Positions 40,491 to 50,844 of a DNA stretch of 64,000 nucleotides are shown piece after piece. Every line of letters starts with the position of its first letter. Position 1 is the first letter of the stretch. The stretch covers positions 1 to 64,000 of the forward strand of contig CBDANF010000003.1 of NCBI GenBank assembly GCA_965197475.1, in the 5' to 3' direction. The stretch comes from Candidatus Poribacteria bacterium (lineage in GTDB: Bacteria; Poribacteria; WGA-4E; WGA-3G). Under the pieces are notes generated by a model. It was not told the origin of the DNA. It saw only the letters and a list, made by a program, of their open reading frames with translations, and searched no databases. The translations under genes were made by a program, and so were the position numbers.

Positions 40491-40643
40491 CATGGAAATG
40501 CGTTTTTGCTGTGTCCATTTTCCTTGACTTTTATAGCATGAGATAGCATCCTAATTACAGATTTGAATATAAACAAACATTAGGAGGATATCTCATGCTA
40601 ACTCAGCTTATCAAATCTACCACTTTTTTTCAAGAACTTCTAT
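40491..40643 (+). mobile_element. Left end of an IS related to 22033-22450, truncated by IS3
   Basis: CATGGAAATGCG end, same GGAGGATATCTCATG start, N-terminus MLTQLIKSTTFFQ vs MQHQIIKSTMFFQ. Confidence 0.6.
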
Positions 40644-40722
40644 TGTACTGCCACCGGAAATTCGGGCCGCTCTCTAAGACAAGATTATGGTATAATATCC
40701 ATCTCCTTGAAAGGAGTATCCG

Positions 40723-41013
40723 ATGGCGAAACGAAAACGAAGAAACTTCACCCCCGAGTTTAAAGCCGAAGTTGTTCTTGAGGCTCTCAGCGTTGAAAGT
40801 TCCCAAGCAGAAGTGTGTCGGCGACATAACCTCATCGATGAACAACTTTCAAAGTGGAAGCGACAGCTTCTTGAAAAAGCGGCGACCCTCTTTGAACCCG
40901 CTGATAAACAGTCTGATGCCTCTGCGGAGCGGATCGCCCAACTTGAGCAACTCGTTGGGCGGTTGACCTTGGCACTTGACATCCAAAAAAAAGCCTCAAC
41001 TTACTTGAGTTAG
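40723..41013 (+). CDS. IS3 OrfA
   Basis: Identical protein to 13877-14167. Confidence 0.9.
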   Translation: MAKRKRRNFTPEFKAEVVLEALSVESSQAEVCRRHNLIDEQLSKWKRQLLEKAATLFEPADKQSDASAERIAQLEQLVGRLTLALDIQKKASTYLS

Positions 41014-41018
41014 CCTCG

Positions 41019-41849
41019 ATGGAGCAGCGAGAAATGGTTACGGCATTACGGACAGACTTTTCGGTTCGGCAGATATGTGAGACACTCGGTTTCAACCGAA
41101 GCAACCTCTATTATCACCCCAAGCAGGCCCCGTATGAAGCGGGTCTCCAGGATGAAATAGAGACGTTATCTTTGCTATATCCAACATACGGATATAGGCG
41201 TCCCACACAGTTGTTGGTGCGTAACGGATACACCATCGGGTATAAACGTGTTGCCCGATTGATGAAGTCCGCCAACCTCTCGGTTTCTGTCAAGCGTGTC
41301 TGTCAAACCACGACATCCGTTGCGGGTGTGCGTCCCTGGAGCAATCGCCTTGAAAACCTTGATGTCTCCCGATGTAATCAGGCCTGGGTGGGCGATATTA
41401 CCTACGTCCGCCTCAAAGGACACTTTATCTATGTTTGTCTGCTCATGGATGTCTTCACTCGCATGATCAGAGGGTGGCATATCAGTCAACACTTGACGCA
41501 ATCTCTGACGTTGAAACCCTTGGAGACAGCATTATGTCAAAGTGTCCCAGAGATCCATCATTCTGATCAAGGCGTTCAATATCTTTCAAATGCGTCCATC
41601 TCACTGCTTAGGCATCATGGGATTGAGATTTCAGTCGCCCGGAGAGGGTGTCCTTGGGAGAACGGATATGCTGAAAGACTTATCCGCACGCTCAAGGAAG
41701 AAGAAGTTCATCTCAATGACTATGAGGACATCCACGAAGCAAGAACCCGCATTGGGCATTTTATTACACAAGTGTATAATCACAAACGCCCTCACTCTGC
41801 GTTAGGGTATTTGACACCTGTGGAATTTGAGCAAAAAAACTTGTCTTAA
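41019..41849 (+). CDS. IS3 transposase OrfB
   Basis: DDE motifs intact; reachable by -1 frameshift at the A8G run 40985-93. Confidence 0.95.
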   Translation: MEQREMVTALRTDFSVRQICETLGFNRSNLYYHPKQAPYEAGLQDEIETLSLLYPTYGYRRPTQLLVRNGYTIGYKRVARLMKSANLSVSVKRVCQTTTSVAGVRPWSNRLENLDVSRCNQAWVGDITYVRLKGHFIYVCLLMDVFTRMIRGWHISQHLTQSLTLKPLETALCQSVPEIHHSDQGVQYLSNASISLLRHHGIEISVARRGCPWENGYAERLIRTLKEEEVHLNDYEDIHEARTRIGHFITQVYNHKRPHSALGYLTPVEFEQKNLS

Positions 41850-42100
41850 CTTTGCTAAATTTTGGTCTGAATAAACGGTAGCACTTCAAATGGTTAATGC
41901 CGAAAACTTTACACACCCCATAACTTAAAACGGATTGCAAAATAGAAACAAATATGCTAAACTGAAAACCATAGAAAATATCTGTATCTTATAAGCTGTT
42001 ATACCAAATTAACGGGATTAGTCTTATTTTTCTAGGCAGACAGCGCGCTTACCGAGTGGGATCAAGTTAATTTGGTATTATATCTTCGATTAGATTTCCA

Positions 42101-42952
42101 ATGAATTTGAAACGTGCTGTATTATTTTTCCTTATGCTAACCCATCCATTTTTCTGCGATTTCACTGCAATTGCAGAAAAGAATCCGCTTGTGCTGGGTG
42201 CCCATTTTTTTAAGTTGGAAAATTATGATGCTGCTATTACAGAATACAAACGTTTTCTGTTCTTCCATCCGGATGATACGCGTGCAGCAGAAACCTACCA
42301 CAAAATCGGACTCGGCTATAGAACACAAGGGTTATGGCAACACGCAATTTCAGCCATGCGAAACGCTGTGCAACACGCCGCCGCGAAAGAAGAGAAATCG
42401 GAATACCAACTTGAACTCGCGGTAACACTTATCGCTACGCAGAACTACGATCTTGCACGCCTTGAATTGATAAAAGTAACAATTCGTAACCCCTCTGGAC
42501 CTCTATATCAACGCGCGCTTTTCTTGCAAGCCGTTGCACATATTTATCAGTTTCAATGGGAGCAAACGCGTGAGGTGTTGCGAAATTATACCACAGATGA
42601 AATGCTTGATAAACTTTTAGAAGATGCAGTCAATCTCCCACGTAAATCTACCAGAGTCGCAAAAGTGTTATCAGCGATTCTTCCGGGGGCAGGGCAAATC
42701 TACGCTGGCAATTGGCGAAGTGGGTTAAACGCGCTTGCGTTAAATGGTGCTCTTGGATTCGTCGCGGTTGATACGGCATTAGACAGGCATTACGTAGATG
42801 CAGCCTTATGGACGCACTTTATTTTCCTGCGATATTATCAAGGCAATTTTTACCGCGCCGGAAAGGCAGTAGATGAATTCAATGAGAACGCATCCCGCCG
42901 TGCAGCTGATAACATATTGAAACGACTTCAAGAGATTGTTGAGACACCGTGA
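42101..42952 (+). CDS. Secreted TPR protein with C-terminal hydrophobic segment
   Basis: Signal peptide, AITEYKRF TPRs, LSAILPGAGQIY. Confidence 0.75.
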   Translation: MNLKRAVLFFLMLTHPFFCDFTAIAEKNPLVLGAHFFKLENYDAAITEYKRFLFFHPDDTRAAETYHKIGLGYRTQGLWQHAISAMRNAVQHAAAKEEKSEYQLELAVTLIATQNYDLARLELIKVTIRNPSGPLYQRALFLQAVAHIYQFQWEQTREVLRNYTTDEMLDKLLEDAVNLPRKSTRVAKVLSAILPGAGQIYAGNWRSGLNALALNGALGFVAVDTALDRHYVDAALWTHFIFLRYYQGNFYRAGKAVDEFNENASRRAADNILKRLQEIVETP

Positions 42953-42957
42953 AAGGT

Positions 42958-44850
42958 TTATGATTCTGATCGCTTTTGAACTATAAACACGGCGGCGACA
43001 AGGACTATCGCAACAATGAACGTCCAAAGCGTGTTAGTATATGCAAGAAACGCTGCGATCGCCAGCAGAATTGATTGATACCAGCGCGTTTTCCGCATAA
43101 AGTACCCCATTGTTACAATTGAAAAGATGATAGTACCGACCAATGCTGTTGCGACAGACATTGTATTTTGAAGTAGTGTGCCTGAAAACAGGATATGCGT
43201 ATACGCGAACAGCAGCGGCATGATATATAACAGTTTGGCGAACTTAAAGCATGCCCACCCTGTTTTCCACGGGTCGGCACGGGCGATCGCAGCTCCCGCA
43301 TAAGCCCCTAACGCAACTGGTGGTGTGATATTAGAATCTTGGCTAAGCCAGAAGATAATCAGGTGCGCAGCAATAATTGAAATACCCATCTCAGGTGTTG
43401 TTAGAATTGGTACAGCGAGTTCTGAGGTAATCAGATAGGCGGCAGTGACGGGAATTCCCATTCCAAGGATTAAAGATGCAGCTGCAAGGAGTAACACCGC
43501 AATAGCCCGATTATCACCCGCTACAGATAACACCAAATCTGGAAATATCCTACCTAAGTCTGTGAGGTCTATGACACCGACAATGATTCCGATGGTGCCA
43601 ACTGCGCCACCGATAGCGAGAGAATTTTTAGCACCGGTGACCATCGCTTCCCAAACCCGTTTCGGTGTCAGTCGTGTTTCTGGGCGGAAGTAACTCACCC
43701 CAAGCGTAACAAGAATTGAGAAGAAAGCCGCTTTGTAAGCAGAATAACCTACCATAAGTGAACCGATTAGGGTTACCAACGGTAACAGGTAATACCATCC
43801 AGTTTTTAGAAGTGTAGAGAGTTTCGGAATCTCTGAGGAGGGTATCCGTTCAAGCCCTTGTTTCTTTGCCTCAAAATGGACCATCACCCATACAGACAAA
43901 AAGTAGAGGACCGCAGGCACTATTGAGATAAGCGCGATTTTGCTATATGCTACACCTGTCCGTTCCGCTATCAGGAATGCTCCTGCCCCCATGACCGGTG
44001 GTAGGAATTGACCGCCAACAGAGGCTGATGCTTCAACGGCACCTGCGATGTGTGGACGAAAACCGGTCCGCTTCATCAGCGGAATCGTAAACGCCCCAGT
44101 CGTAACCGTGTTTGCGATGGCACTCCCCGCGACAGAACCGAAGAAGCCAGATGTAACAACAGATACTTTCGCAGCACCGCCAATTGACCGGCCCGTAAGC
44201 GACATTGGTAAGTCAATAAAGAACTGTCCTACCCCGGATTTCTCTAAAAACGCACCGAAGAAAATAAAAAGAATTACATAAGTCGCCATCACGTTTGCCA
44301 TGATGCCGAAGACACCTGCTTGACTAAAAAAGCCATGTTCGATAATCCGTCGAAACGAGAAGCCTTGGTGTGAGATAGTTTCTGGCATTACACGACCAAA
44401 AAGTGCGTATAGGATGCCGACAGCAGCGATAATAGGCAACCCCCATCCAACCGTGCGCCGACTCATCTCAAAACTGATGATAAGTCCGATAGCACCCATC
44501 ACAATATCTAAATGTGTATATGCGCCTGCTCGGTTTGCGATATTGGGATAATCTATTATCCAATAACCGATTGAACAGACGCTCAGGCATACGAGTAAAA
44601 TATCGAAAATGGATGGACGCGAGGCAGGAGAACCTTGAAAGACTTTATAAAGGATGGCAATTAGAGAGAATGTGAAAAGCAAATATAAACCGAGATGGTA
44701 TTGTTCCGAAGCTGTGCCGAAACCTGCGCTATAGATGTAGAAACCAACGAAAAAGACGGCACTAATTTCAAAAATCCACTTTGAATTGCCTTTTAATTCA
44801 GTGCGTTGCGTTGTAAATGTTGTGACATCTTTTTCTTCTGTTTGTTCCAT
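42958..44850 (-). CDS. TRAP transporter fused permease (4TM/12TM)
   Basis: GGAAKVSV, GSAIAN..TG.FTIPLMK, GGQFLPPVMGA, ITPPVAL. Confidence 0.92.
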   Translation of the reverse strand: MEQTEEKDVTTFTTQRTELKGNSKWIFEISAVFFVGFYIYSAGFGTASEQYHLGLYLLFTFSLIAILYKVFQGSPASRPSIFDILLVCLSVCSIGYWIIDYPNIANRAGAYTHLDIVMGAIGLIISFEMSRRTVGWGLPIIAAVGILYALFGRVMPETISHQGFSFRRIIEHGFFSQAGVFGIMANVMATYVILFIFFGAFLEKSGVGQFFIDLPMSLTGRSIGGAAKVSVVTSGFFGSVAGSAIANTVTTGAFTIPLMKRTGFRPHIAGAVEASASVGGQFLPPVMGAGAFLIAERTGVAYSKIALISIVPAVLYFLSVWVMVHFEAKKQGLERIPSSEIPKLSTLLKTGWYYLLPLVTLIGSLMVGYSAYKAAFFSILVTLGVSYFRPETRLTPKRVWEAMVTGAKNSLAIGGAVGTIGIIVGVIDLTDLGRIFPDLVLSVAGDNRAIAVLLLAAASLILGMGIPVTAAYLITSELAVPILTTPEMGISIIAAHLIIFWLSQDSNITPPVALGAYAGAAIARADPWKTGWACFKFAKLLYIMPLLFAYTHILFSGTLLQNTMSVATALVGTIIFSIVTMGYFMRKTRWYQSILLAIAAFLAYTNTLWTFIVAIVLVAAVFIVQKRSES

Positions 44851-44882
44851 TAGTTTCCAGCTATCGGTATACGTCCACGTTT

Positions 44883-46271
44883 TTAAAAATCGCTACTAAT
44901 GCCAACCATGATCGAAGTTTTATGGATAGGTTCAAATTGTGAAATTCCCTCATCCGTTTGAACGCGCCTGAATCGGTACTCGTTAATAACGATTGTTTGA
45001 ACAGGTGGAAAGACTACATAACGGATTTCGAGGTTGAGTGCTGATTTATCATCCAGATCAAAGAGGTCAGAGAAGAAGTTAGATTCACCATCTTCCCCAA
45101 TGTTGCGTTTTGTATAAAATGCCCGAAACGTGAGACGTGGCACTAATCCTGATTCTTTAATCCCAAGATAGATTTTGGATGTATTATTGTTGTAGTTTTC
45201 AAAAGCACCTAAGAAATGAAGTTGCGGCATTGGTTGCCAGATGATTTGTGTGAAAAATCCGCGTCTTGCCTCACTGCTTTCCTCGTATCCCCAAAATTCA
45301 GGCATGCCAGCTTCGTAAGTATAATCAAACACAGTGGGAATGTAGCCATCACTAAAGATGCGGCACTCGAATTTGAAAATGGCTTTGGTAGAAGCTAAGC
45401 CAATACCAACGGCGTTTCCCCATCCCAATTCTGTTACAGAGTTTTCTGAATGTGATTTAGATTTTTCTTTAGCGGCTATAGGCTCTAACGTAATATCTTC
45501 CGGATTAGGGGGTGGATTAATCATAACGAAATCGTTATATAGATCAAGCCGAAAAGAATTTCGTTCAATAATAGGAAATCCCACATCAAAACCGACCGCG
45601 TCCAAAGGTTCTTCGCCTTCTTCCAGCGAATTTGGGTCAATATCGGTGAGATAGGTGGCACCGAGTTCAAATCGTGTTAGAAGGTTATTGTTTTCGGGAC
45701 GTTGAAGAGGTCGGTAAAAACCACGTCCCCCGAAGATTGTTGGGTTTCCGAGGTCATTGACCATGGTTTCAATACCGTATTTATTATCGGATTTTCTGAG
45801 GTTCAGGTGCAGCCCACGTCGGTCATGATTAGAATAGCCAGACATAATTGATCCATGTCCGATGGTAAGATAGTCAAATTCACCAAGTCTGAAATAAAAC
45901 GGGTCATAAGGTTTTCCATAACTGATGTAACGAATCAATCTCAACCATGTGCTTGCGCTGTCCCATGCTTCGCCATCTTCTGCAAGAAACTGATCTGCAG
46001 AATTTTCCGCGTAAGGATTGTAGAGTAAAACAAGGTCTAAACCCAAGCCGACTTTGCCAATAGGAAGCTCCGGTTGAAGTTGAAGCCGGACGTAGGCATC
46101 ACCGTTGATGAATGTTAAACCGCCACCGTACAACCCGCTTGTAAGGAAGTTGCTTTCTACCATTGGGGTTAAATGTTCTTGCGCGGAAATTGGGGTAACC
46201 ATTGCCAGAATCAAAATTATAGAAGCAAAAATGCCGCTACTAAAAAAAATAATAATTTTTTTATCTTTCAA
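44883..46271 (-). CDS. Hypothetical exported protein (possible beta-barrel)
   Basis: Signal peptide, amphipathic beta strands, C-terminal Phe. Confidence 0.6.
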   Translation of the reverse strand: MKDKKIIIFFSSGIFASIILILAMVTPISAQEHLTPMVESNFLTSGLYGGGLTFINGDAYVRLQLQPELPIGKVGLGLDLVLLYNPYAENSADQFLAEDGEAWDSASTWLRLIRYISYGKPYDPFYFRLGEFDYLTIGHGSIMSGYSNHDRRGLHLNLRKSDNKYGIETMVNDLGNPTIFGGRGFYRPLQRPENNNLLTRFELGATYLTDIDPNSLEEGEEPLDAVGFDVGFPIIERNSFRLDLYNDFVMINPPPNPEDITLEPIAAKEKSKSHSENSVTELGWGNAVGIGLASTKAIFKFECRIFSDGYIPTVFDYTYEAGMPEFWGYEESSEARRGFFTQIIWQPMPQLHFLGAFENYNNNTSKIYLGIKESGLVPRLTFRAFYTKRNIGEDGESNFFSDLFDLDDKSALNLEIRYVVFPPVQTIVINEYRFRRVQTDEGISQFEPIHKTSIMVGISSDF

Positions 46272-46942
46272 GATGTAATTATCCTCCCATCTTTCATGTG
46301 AATAACGCGATCAGCGTTTTCTTTTAACCCCTCATGATGGGTTACAATTGCTATCGTGGTTTGATGTTCCTGTCGGAGTTCTTGAATCAGGTTCATCAAG
46401 TTGTCGCTTTGTCGACTATCTAAGTTCGCAGTTGGTTCATCGGCGAAGATGATTTTGGGTTGGTTCGCAAGTGCTCTGGCAAAAGAGACGCGTTGTTTTT
46501 CACCTCCGGACATTTGCGCAGGGCGATGGTGAAAACGTTCACTTAAGCCGACTCGTGTTAGCAGTTCTATTGCTCGTTGTTCTGCTTCAGTAGCGTTTGT
46601 TTTAGCGATGTCCATGGCAATCATGACATTTTCAAGCGCGGTGAGGTATGGTAACAGGTGGAACAACTGAAAAACAAACCCGATTTTTTCTCGGCGAATC
46701 ACACTTAGGTCTTGGTTTACCAGATCAATTACGTCACCGTCAATTCGGAGTTCCCCAGCATCAGGTGTTAAAATACATCCGAGCAGACTAATCAGGGTCG
46801 TTTTTCCGCATCCGCTGTCTCCCATAATCATCACCAATTCGCGTTCTTCGATTCGGATATCAACCGAATCAATTGCGATGACAGCGGCATCACCGATACC
46901 AAAACGTTTGGTCAAACCGATTCCTTCTATGATTGTTGCCAT
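46268..46942 (-). CDS. ABC transporter ATP-binding protein (LolD/MacB-like)
   Basis: GDSGCGKTT, MSGGEKQR, ADEPTANLD. Confidence 0.92.
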   Translation of the reverse strand: MATIIEGIGLTKRFGIGDAAVIAIDSVDIRIEERELVMIMGDSGCGKTTLISLLGCILTPDAGELRIDGDVIDLVNQDLSVIRREKIGFVFQLFHLLPYLTALENVMIAMDIAKTNATEAEQRAIELLTRVGLSERFHHRPAQMSGGEKQRVSFARALANQPKIIFADEPTANLDSRQSDNLMNLIQELRQEHQTTIAIVTHHEGLKENADRVIHMKDGRIITS

Positions 46943-47030
46943 GATAATACCTTTTAGCGTTTTGTATCGGGCGGACAAAGCCCTCCCACAGTTTTATGAA
47001 ATATACTGGTATAGTCTGATGTGATGCTTT

Positions 47031-48251
47031 TCAAACTTCCGCGTCTGAGTAAGCAAAATTTTGATTTTGCTGTGTATGCCCACTATCAATTTCGCCACGA
47101 AACGCTATCATCGGATCAACCCTAATCACTTTTCGTGCTGCAAGATAACCGCTTCCACAACAGACAACGAAACTGATGCACGCCACGATGATCGATTCAA
47201 CAAGATGAATCGCTACAAAAATAGGTGCTGCAGCCGCAAATATAAAGGACAAGCAAAACCCTACGACCACCCCCGCTATTGAGATGATGGCGACCTGTTT
47301 TAGTAAAAGTGACATCACATAGTTGTTTGAAGCACCGATGGCTTTTAACACGCCAATCTCCTGTGTCTTTTCAAGCATCGTCACATAAGTAATCATCCCA
47401 ACGAGCAACCCCGCAGCTAACCATAGCATGACTCGCAGAAATTGCACCGCTTTCATCGGTTCGTCAACATAATATTCAATAATGTCTTTCAGTGTCTGAT
47501 TTAAGGTGCGTGCTTCAATAGCTGCTGAAGCATCTAAGTTAGCTGCGACCATTTCTGGTTGTTCAATCTCTTCTGGTTGTCTGTTCTTATCTATTTGTTT
47601 AATTGGTTTTGATTTAGCAATCATCATATTGACACGTGGGTAGTTGCCAAGTAGTACATTTTGCGCAACACGGATATCCATAAAGAGCAGCGGCGTATCC
47701 AAGACAAACATAAGGCTTTTTGTCTTTCCAACAACCCTCACTGTGTCGGTGCCGATCGTAATCTGTTCGCCGATTTCAAGCCCCATCTTTTCATCAACAA
47801 TTACTTCGTGGGGAACAGGGTCTTCAGGACGATAACCCTCAAATTCACTTGACTTGAACATTCTGCCATCAACGACGTGCTTGGGACCGCCAAGTTTGTC
47901 CATCATATAACCGACAACAATTGCCTTCGTAGATTTTCCACGTATTGTGGGTCGAGCTTGTGCGAAAATAAGGGGAGACACAGTGCCAGCTTTCAGGTCT
48001 TGCGATGCATTCAATGGTGCCATATTTTCCTCAATAAGGAGGGAAAACCCGATGAAAGCACCGCCGGAACCTTCGGCTGAAATCCAAATGTCTGCACCCG
48101 TGGATTTTACGTATTGTTGCGCTTGTATACGCATGCCGTTCATAATACCACCTAACAGCAGAATAAGTGAAATCAGCACAGTGATTCCGAGTGCTGTTAG
48201 CACAACTCTAGCTCGACGATATCGCATGTCTTTGAGGAATAGATTTTTCAT
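47031..48251 (-). CDS. ABC permease, FtsX/MacB family
   Basis: N-terminal TM, periplasmic domain, EIGVLKAIGA, DPM. Confidence 0.88.
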   Translation of the reverse strand: MKNLFLKDMRYRRARVVLTALGITVLISLILLLGGIMNGMRIQAQQYVKSTGADIWISAEGSGGAFIGFSLLIEENMAPLNASQDLKAGTVSPLIFAQARPTIRGKSTKAIVVGYMMDKLGGPKHVVDGRMFKSSEFEGYRPEDPVPHEVIVDEKMGLEIGEQITIGTDTVRVVGKTKSLMFVLDTPLLFMDIRVAQNVLLGNYPRVNMMIAKSKPIKQIDKNRQPEEIEQPEMVAANLDASAAIEARTLNQTLKDIIEYYVDEPMKAVQFLRVMLWLAAGLLVGMITYVTMLEKTQEIGVLKAIGASNNYVMSLLLKQVAIISIAGVVVGFCLSFIFAAAAPIFVAIHLVESIIVACISFVVCCGSGYLAARKVIRVDPMIAFRGEIDSGHTQQNQNFAYSDAEV

Positions 48252-48263
48252 TTTAGATCAACC

Positions 48264-49160
48264 TTACATATTGGCAATTCGTTCAGGCATTATCTGCCGT
48301 TTTCGTCTGTGTAGTTGGACGTGATCCAAATATGTCCCAGTGTCTGCATCGGTGCCTGTTTCACGGTCTAAAAAGAGCGGAAAATCGGATGCGGGCGGTT
48401 TCGCGTTGTGATAGGCGTGGTTATAACTCCGCATTATGATACGTTGTTCACGGTTGAGCGTCTTTAACCACTCTGGTGAGGAATGGAATCGATCCGCTGG
48501 TGTAACCCAAGATGGACAATACGCAACGAAGATATTGTAGCGTACCACATCGCTTTCGTTCGTCTCCACACGATGCCAGATACTGGAGTGCATTACCGTC
48601 ATTGTGCCTTTGCGAGGACAGACAACCAACTCTCCTGGGAGGCTCTTGTGTGTATCGTATCCATCCATATACTGGTGCCGGTGACTTCCCGGAAACACAA
48701 CGAGGTTACCCATCTTCTCACGCGGGAGGTCTGTTAGCCAATACCCGATTTTGATTTGCAACGGCAATTTCGGTGAAAACACACCGTAGGGAAGCGCGCG
48801 TGCCCCATCCGGATGCCACTGATTGTACTGTTTACCACCAGGCGGTCGCAGGAAAAATTGGCTCTGATGCAGTTTGAGAAGTTCTCCGAAAAGATCGTAA
48901 GCAAACCCGACATGCCGTTGGTGATCGATTAAACTTGTAAAGATAGGGTCGCGTTCGACAATGTTCTCCATGCCGAGGTAGCCGCCTGGCGTGTATTTCG
49001 GATTGCTGACTGCAACGCGATCTATTGCATCAATATAAGTATCAATGTCTTCATCGGAGATAGCGTCTTCAATGAAGATAATACCGTCTTCGTTGAAAGT
49101 TTTCCACTGTTCCGATGTAAATCCGGGTGGTGCAGGACGATATTTTTGTTCGGTTTCCAT
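48264..49160 (-). CDS. Phytanoyl-CoA dioxygenase (PhyH) family protein
   Basis: WHPD, GNLVVFPGSH, IWH, R (2OG-Fe motifs). Confidence 0.88.
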   Translation of the reverse strand: METEQKYRPAPPGFTSEQWKTFNEDGIIFIEDAISDEDIDTYIDAIDRVAVSNPKYTPGGYLGMENIVERDPIFTSLIDHQRHVGFAYDLFGELLKLHQSQFFLRPPGGKQYNQWHPDGARALPYGVFSPKLPLQIKIGYWLTDLPREKMGNLVVFPGSHRHQYMDGYDTHKSLPGELVVCPRKGTMTVMHSSIWHRVETNESDVVRYNIFVAYCPSWVTPADRFHSSPEWLKTLNREQRIIMRSYNHAYHNAKPPASDFPLFLDRETGTDADTGTYLDHVQLHRRKRQIMPERIANM

Positions 49161-49252
49161 TGGACGACTCCTTTCGTTTAATAATAGCAATAGCAAATTC
49201 TGTGCCAATCTGAGATATATTCTGTTTTTTGGTGGCTAAGGAGCGTGCTTTC

Positions 49253-49750
49253 TCAATTTGTATCTGTTGATTTATCCTTTTTTGGATTGGCGATCTCGAA
49301 CTGATGGATGGCGTGTCTATAGATAAGTACCATCTGGTTATTTACATTCATTGTAAAGTTATATTCATTGTATTCTACCGGTATGCCGTAAAGGATATGT
49401 CCGTTTCGGAGTGTCACCTTGACGTTTTTCTGTGCCAACTTGCGCATGGGGCGTTTCCCAATGATTTTCGGTCGCTTATGTGGGTCTTTATCGGTTCGGA
49501 GTTTTTCAGCTTCAACTTCTTTGTTTATCCGCAAAGCGTTTCCTAATTCATCCGCGGATTCTGGCATCAGGCAGAAGAGAATATCTACTTTGGGGAACGA
49601 GCCTGTAGATGTCCGGATCTCATATTTCTCTATTTCTGTGATATTTACCTTTTTGATACCGTCATAAGTTACGAGCAGCACGGGACCTTGAAACCTATTG
49701 AGCAAGGTTGTGGTTTCAAGGTTTTGTGTTGGACCGTTCTGTTGCGTCAT
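49253..49750 (-). CDS. Hypothetical protein with C-terminal Hfq/Sm-like domain
   Basis: VKVTLRNG..LYG...YNEY...LIYRHAI resembles Hfq Sm1/Sm2 (YKHAI); GGAGG RBS. Confidence 0.6.
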   Translation of the reverse strand: MTQQNGPTQNLETTTLLNRFQGPVLLVTYDGIKKVNITEIEKYEIRTSTGSFPKVDILFCLMPESADELGNALRINKEVEAEKLRTDKDPHKRPKIIGKRPMRKLAQKNVKVTLRNGHILYGIPVEYNEYNFTMNVNNQMVLIYRHAIHQFEIANPKKDKSTDTN

Positions 49751-50043
49751 AGGATGGACCTCCAAAATAATAATTTTTGATATTTTACCGTAAATATAAC
49801 TTGATTTGTTAATCTTTGTTTAGACAGTCTACATAACTGATGGACTGCTTTGTGAAATGTCTGAGAGAACTGCACAAAAAGGTGCAAATTTTATACCCGA
49901 TTGCACGGAATTGGGCAGTGAGTTAGACTCACGTTATTACTTATAGTTTGTATCAAATGACCCCATGAGTTATACTATTAGTATTCGTTAAACTAACGAG
50001 TAGATGTCCTCGGATCCCCGATAATCTATTCATGGAGGTCAAT

Positions 50044-50844
50044 ATGAACCGCAAGAAGGATACCGCTTACGGTATCACTCGGCTCGAATCCAAGAATGCC
50101 AGAGCCGCGATTATTCAGAAGATTTCAGCAGACTTTAATCTCATGCCTCTCGTTGCTGAAGCCTACTATAAACAGATTTCTACCTACTTTGAACAACATG
50201 CCGATGTGCAACTCACATCAGGGCAAATCTGCTACGAGGCAGTCGCCGCTGAGGAACCCGCAGGCAAACACATCGCTTTAGCGAAAAAAGTCTCCTGTCG
50301 ACTCAAACTCAACGATGTTGAAGCCGACCTTGAAGTTTTAGCGACTTATGGGCTCGCAGGACTCAGACGGCATCGGATCCTCCGATTGACCCAAGAAGCT
50401 TATGACCAAGAAGCCTTGCTGAGTTATGAGGATTTGGCGGTGTTATTAACCACCAGTCCTGCCACCGTCAAACGCGACATCCGAGCGTTGAAGCAGTCCG
50501 GCTATTTCGTGATGACGCGCGGGGCGAAACACGACATGGGCCCGGGACTGTCTCATAAGACGCAGATTCTCGAGCTGTACTTCAAAGCATACACCTTCAC
50601 CGAGATTGAGCAAAAGACGAACCACTCCGAACGGGCTGTCTACCGCTACTTGAGGGACTTCACACAAGTTGCCACGCTCCATCATCAAGGGTTCCCTAAC
50701 GCTCAGATACGCCTGATTTCTCATCTCTCTGACCGGTTGATACGCGAGTATCTCTCGCTGTTCAAGGAATATCAACACACCGATCGCATGACCCAACTCC
50801 TTCACCCAGAACCAGAGGACACAAAAAAGGAGGATCTCTCATGA
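50044..50844 (+). CDS. DUF1670 domain protein A
   Basis: RILRLTQEAYDQEALLSYEDLA, TRG..HDMGPGLSHK, HS..AV.RY. Confidence 0.85.
   Translation: MNRKKDTAYGITRLESKNARAAIIQKISADFNLMPLVAEAYYKQISTYFEQHADVQLTSGQICYEAVAAEEPAGKHIALAKKVSCRLKLNDVEADLEVLATYGLAGLRRHRILRLTQEAYDQEALLSYEDLAVLLTTSPATVKRDIRALKQSGYFVMTRGAKHDMGPGLSHKTQILELYFKAYTFTEIEQKTNHSERAVYRYLRDFTQVATLHHQGFPNAQIRLISHLSDRLIREYLSLFKEYQHTDRMTQLLHPEPEDTKKEDLS

Larger units (their letters stand above)
40644..41888 (+). mobile_element. IS3-family element, copy 2 (1245 bp)
   Basis: Near-identical inverted copy of 13002-14246; no matching flanking duplication. Confidence 0.95.

Noticed and set aside
40595-40966. 123-aa ORF (and similar ORFs at 12729 and 13924)
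   Set aside because: Chimeric or alternative frames reading into the IS3 left end
40985-41013. -1 frameshift signal (A8G plus CTCAA/TTGAG hairpin) as a novelty
   Set aside because: Standard IS3 OrfAB mechanism
42001-42078. 13-bp IR (ATACCAAATTAAC) around a REP remnant
   Set aside because: Single tiny copy; probably a decayed repeat and too little evidence to interpret
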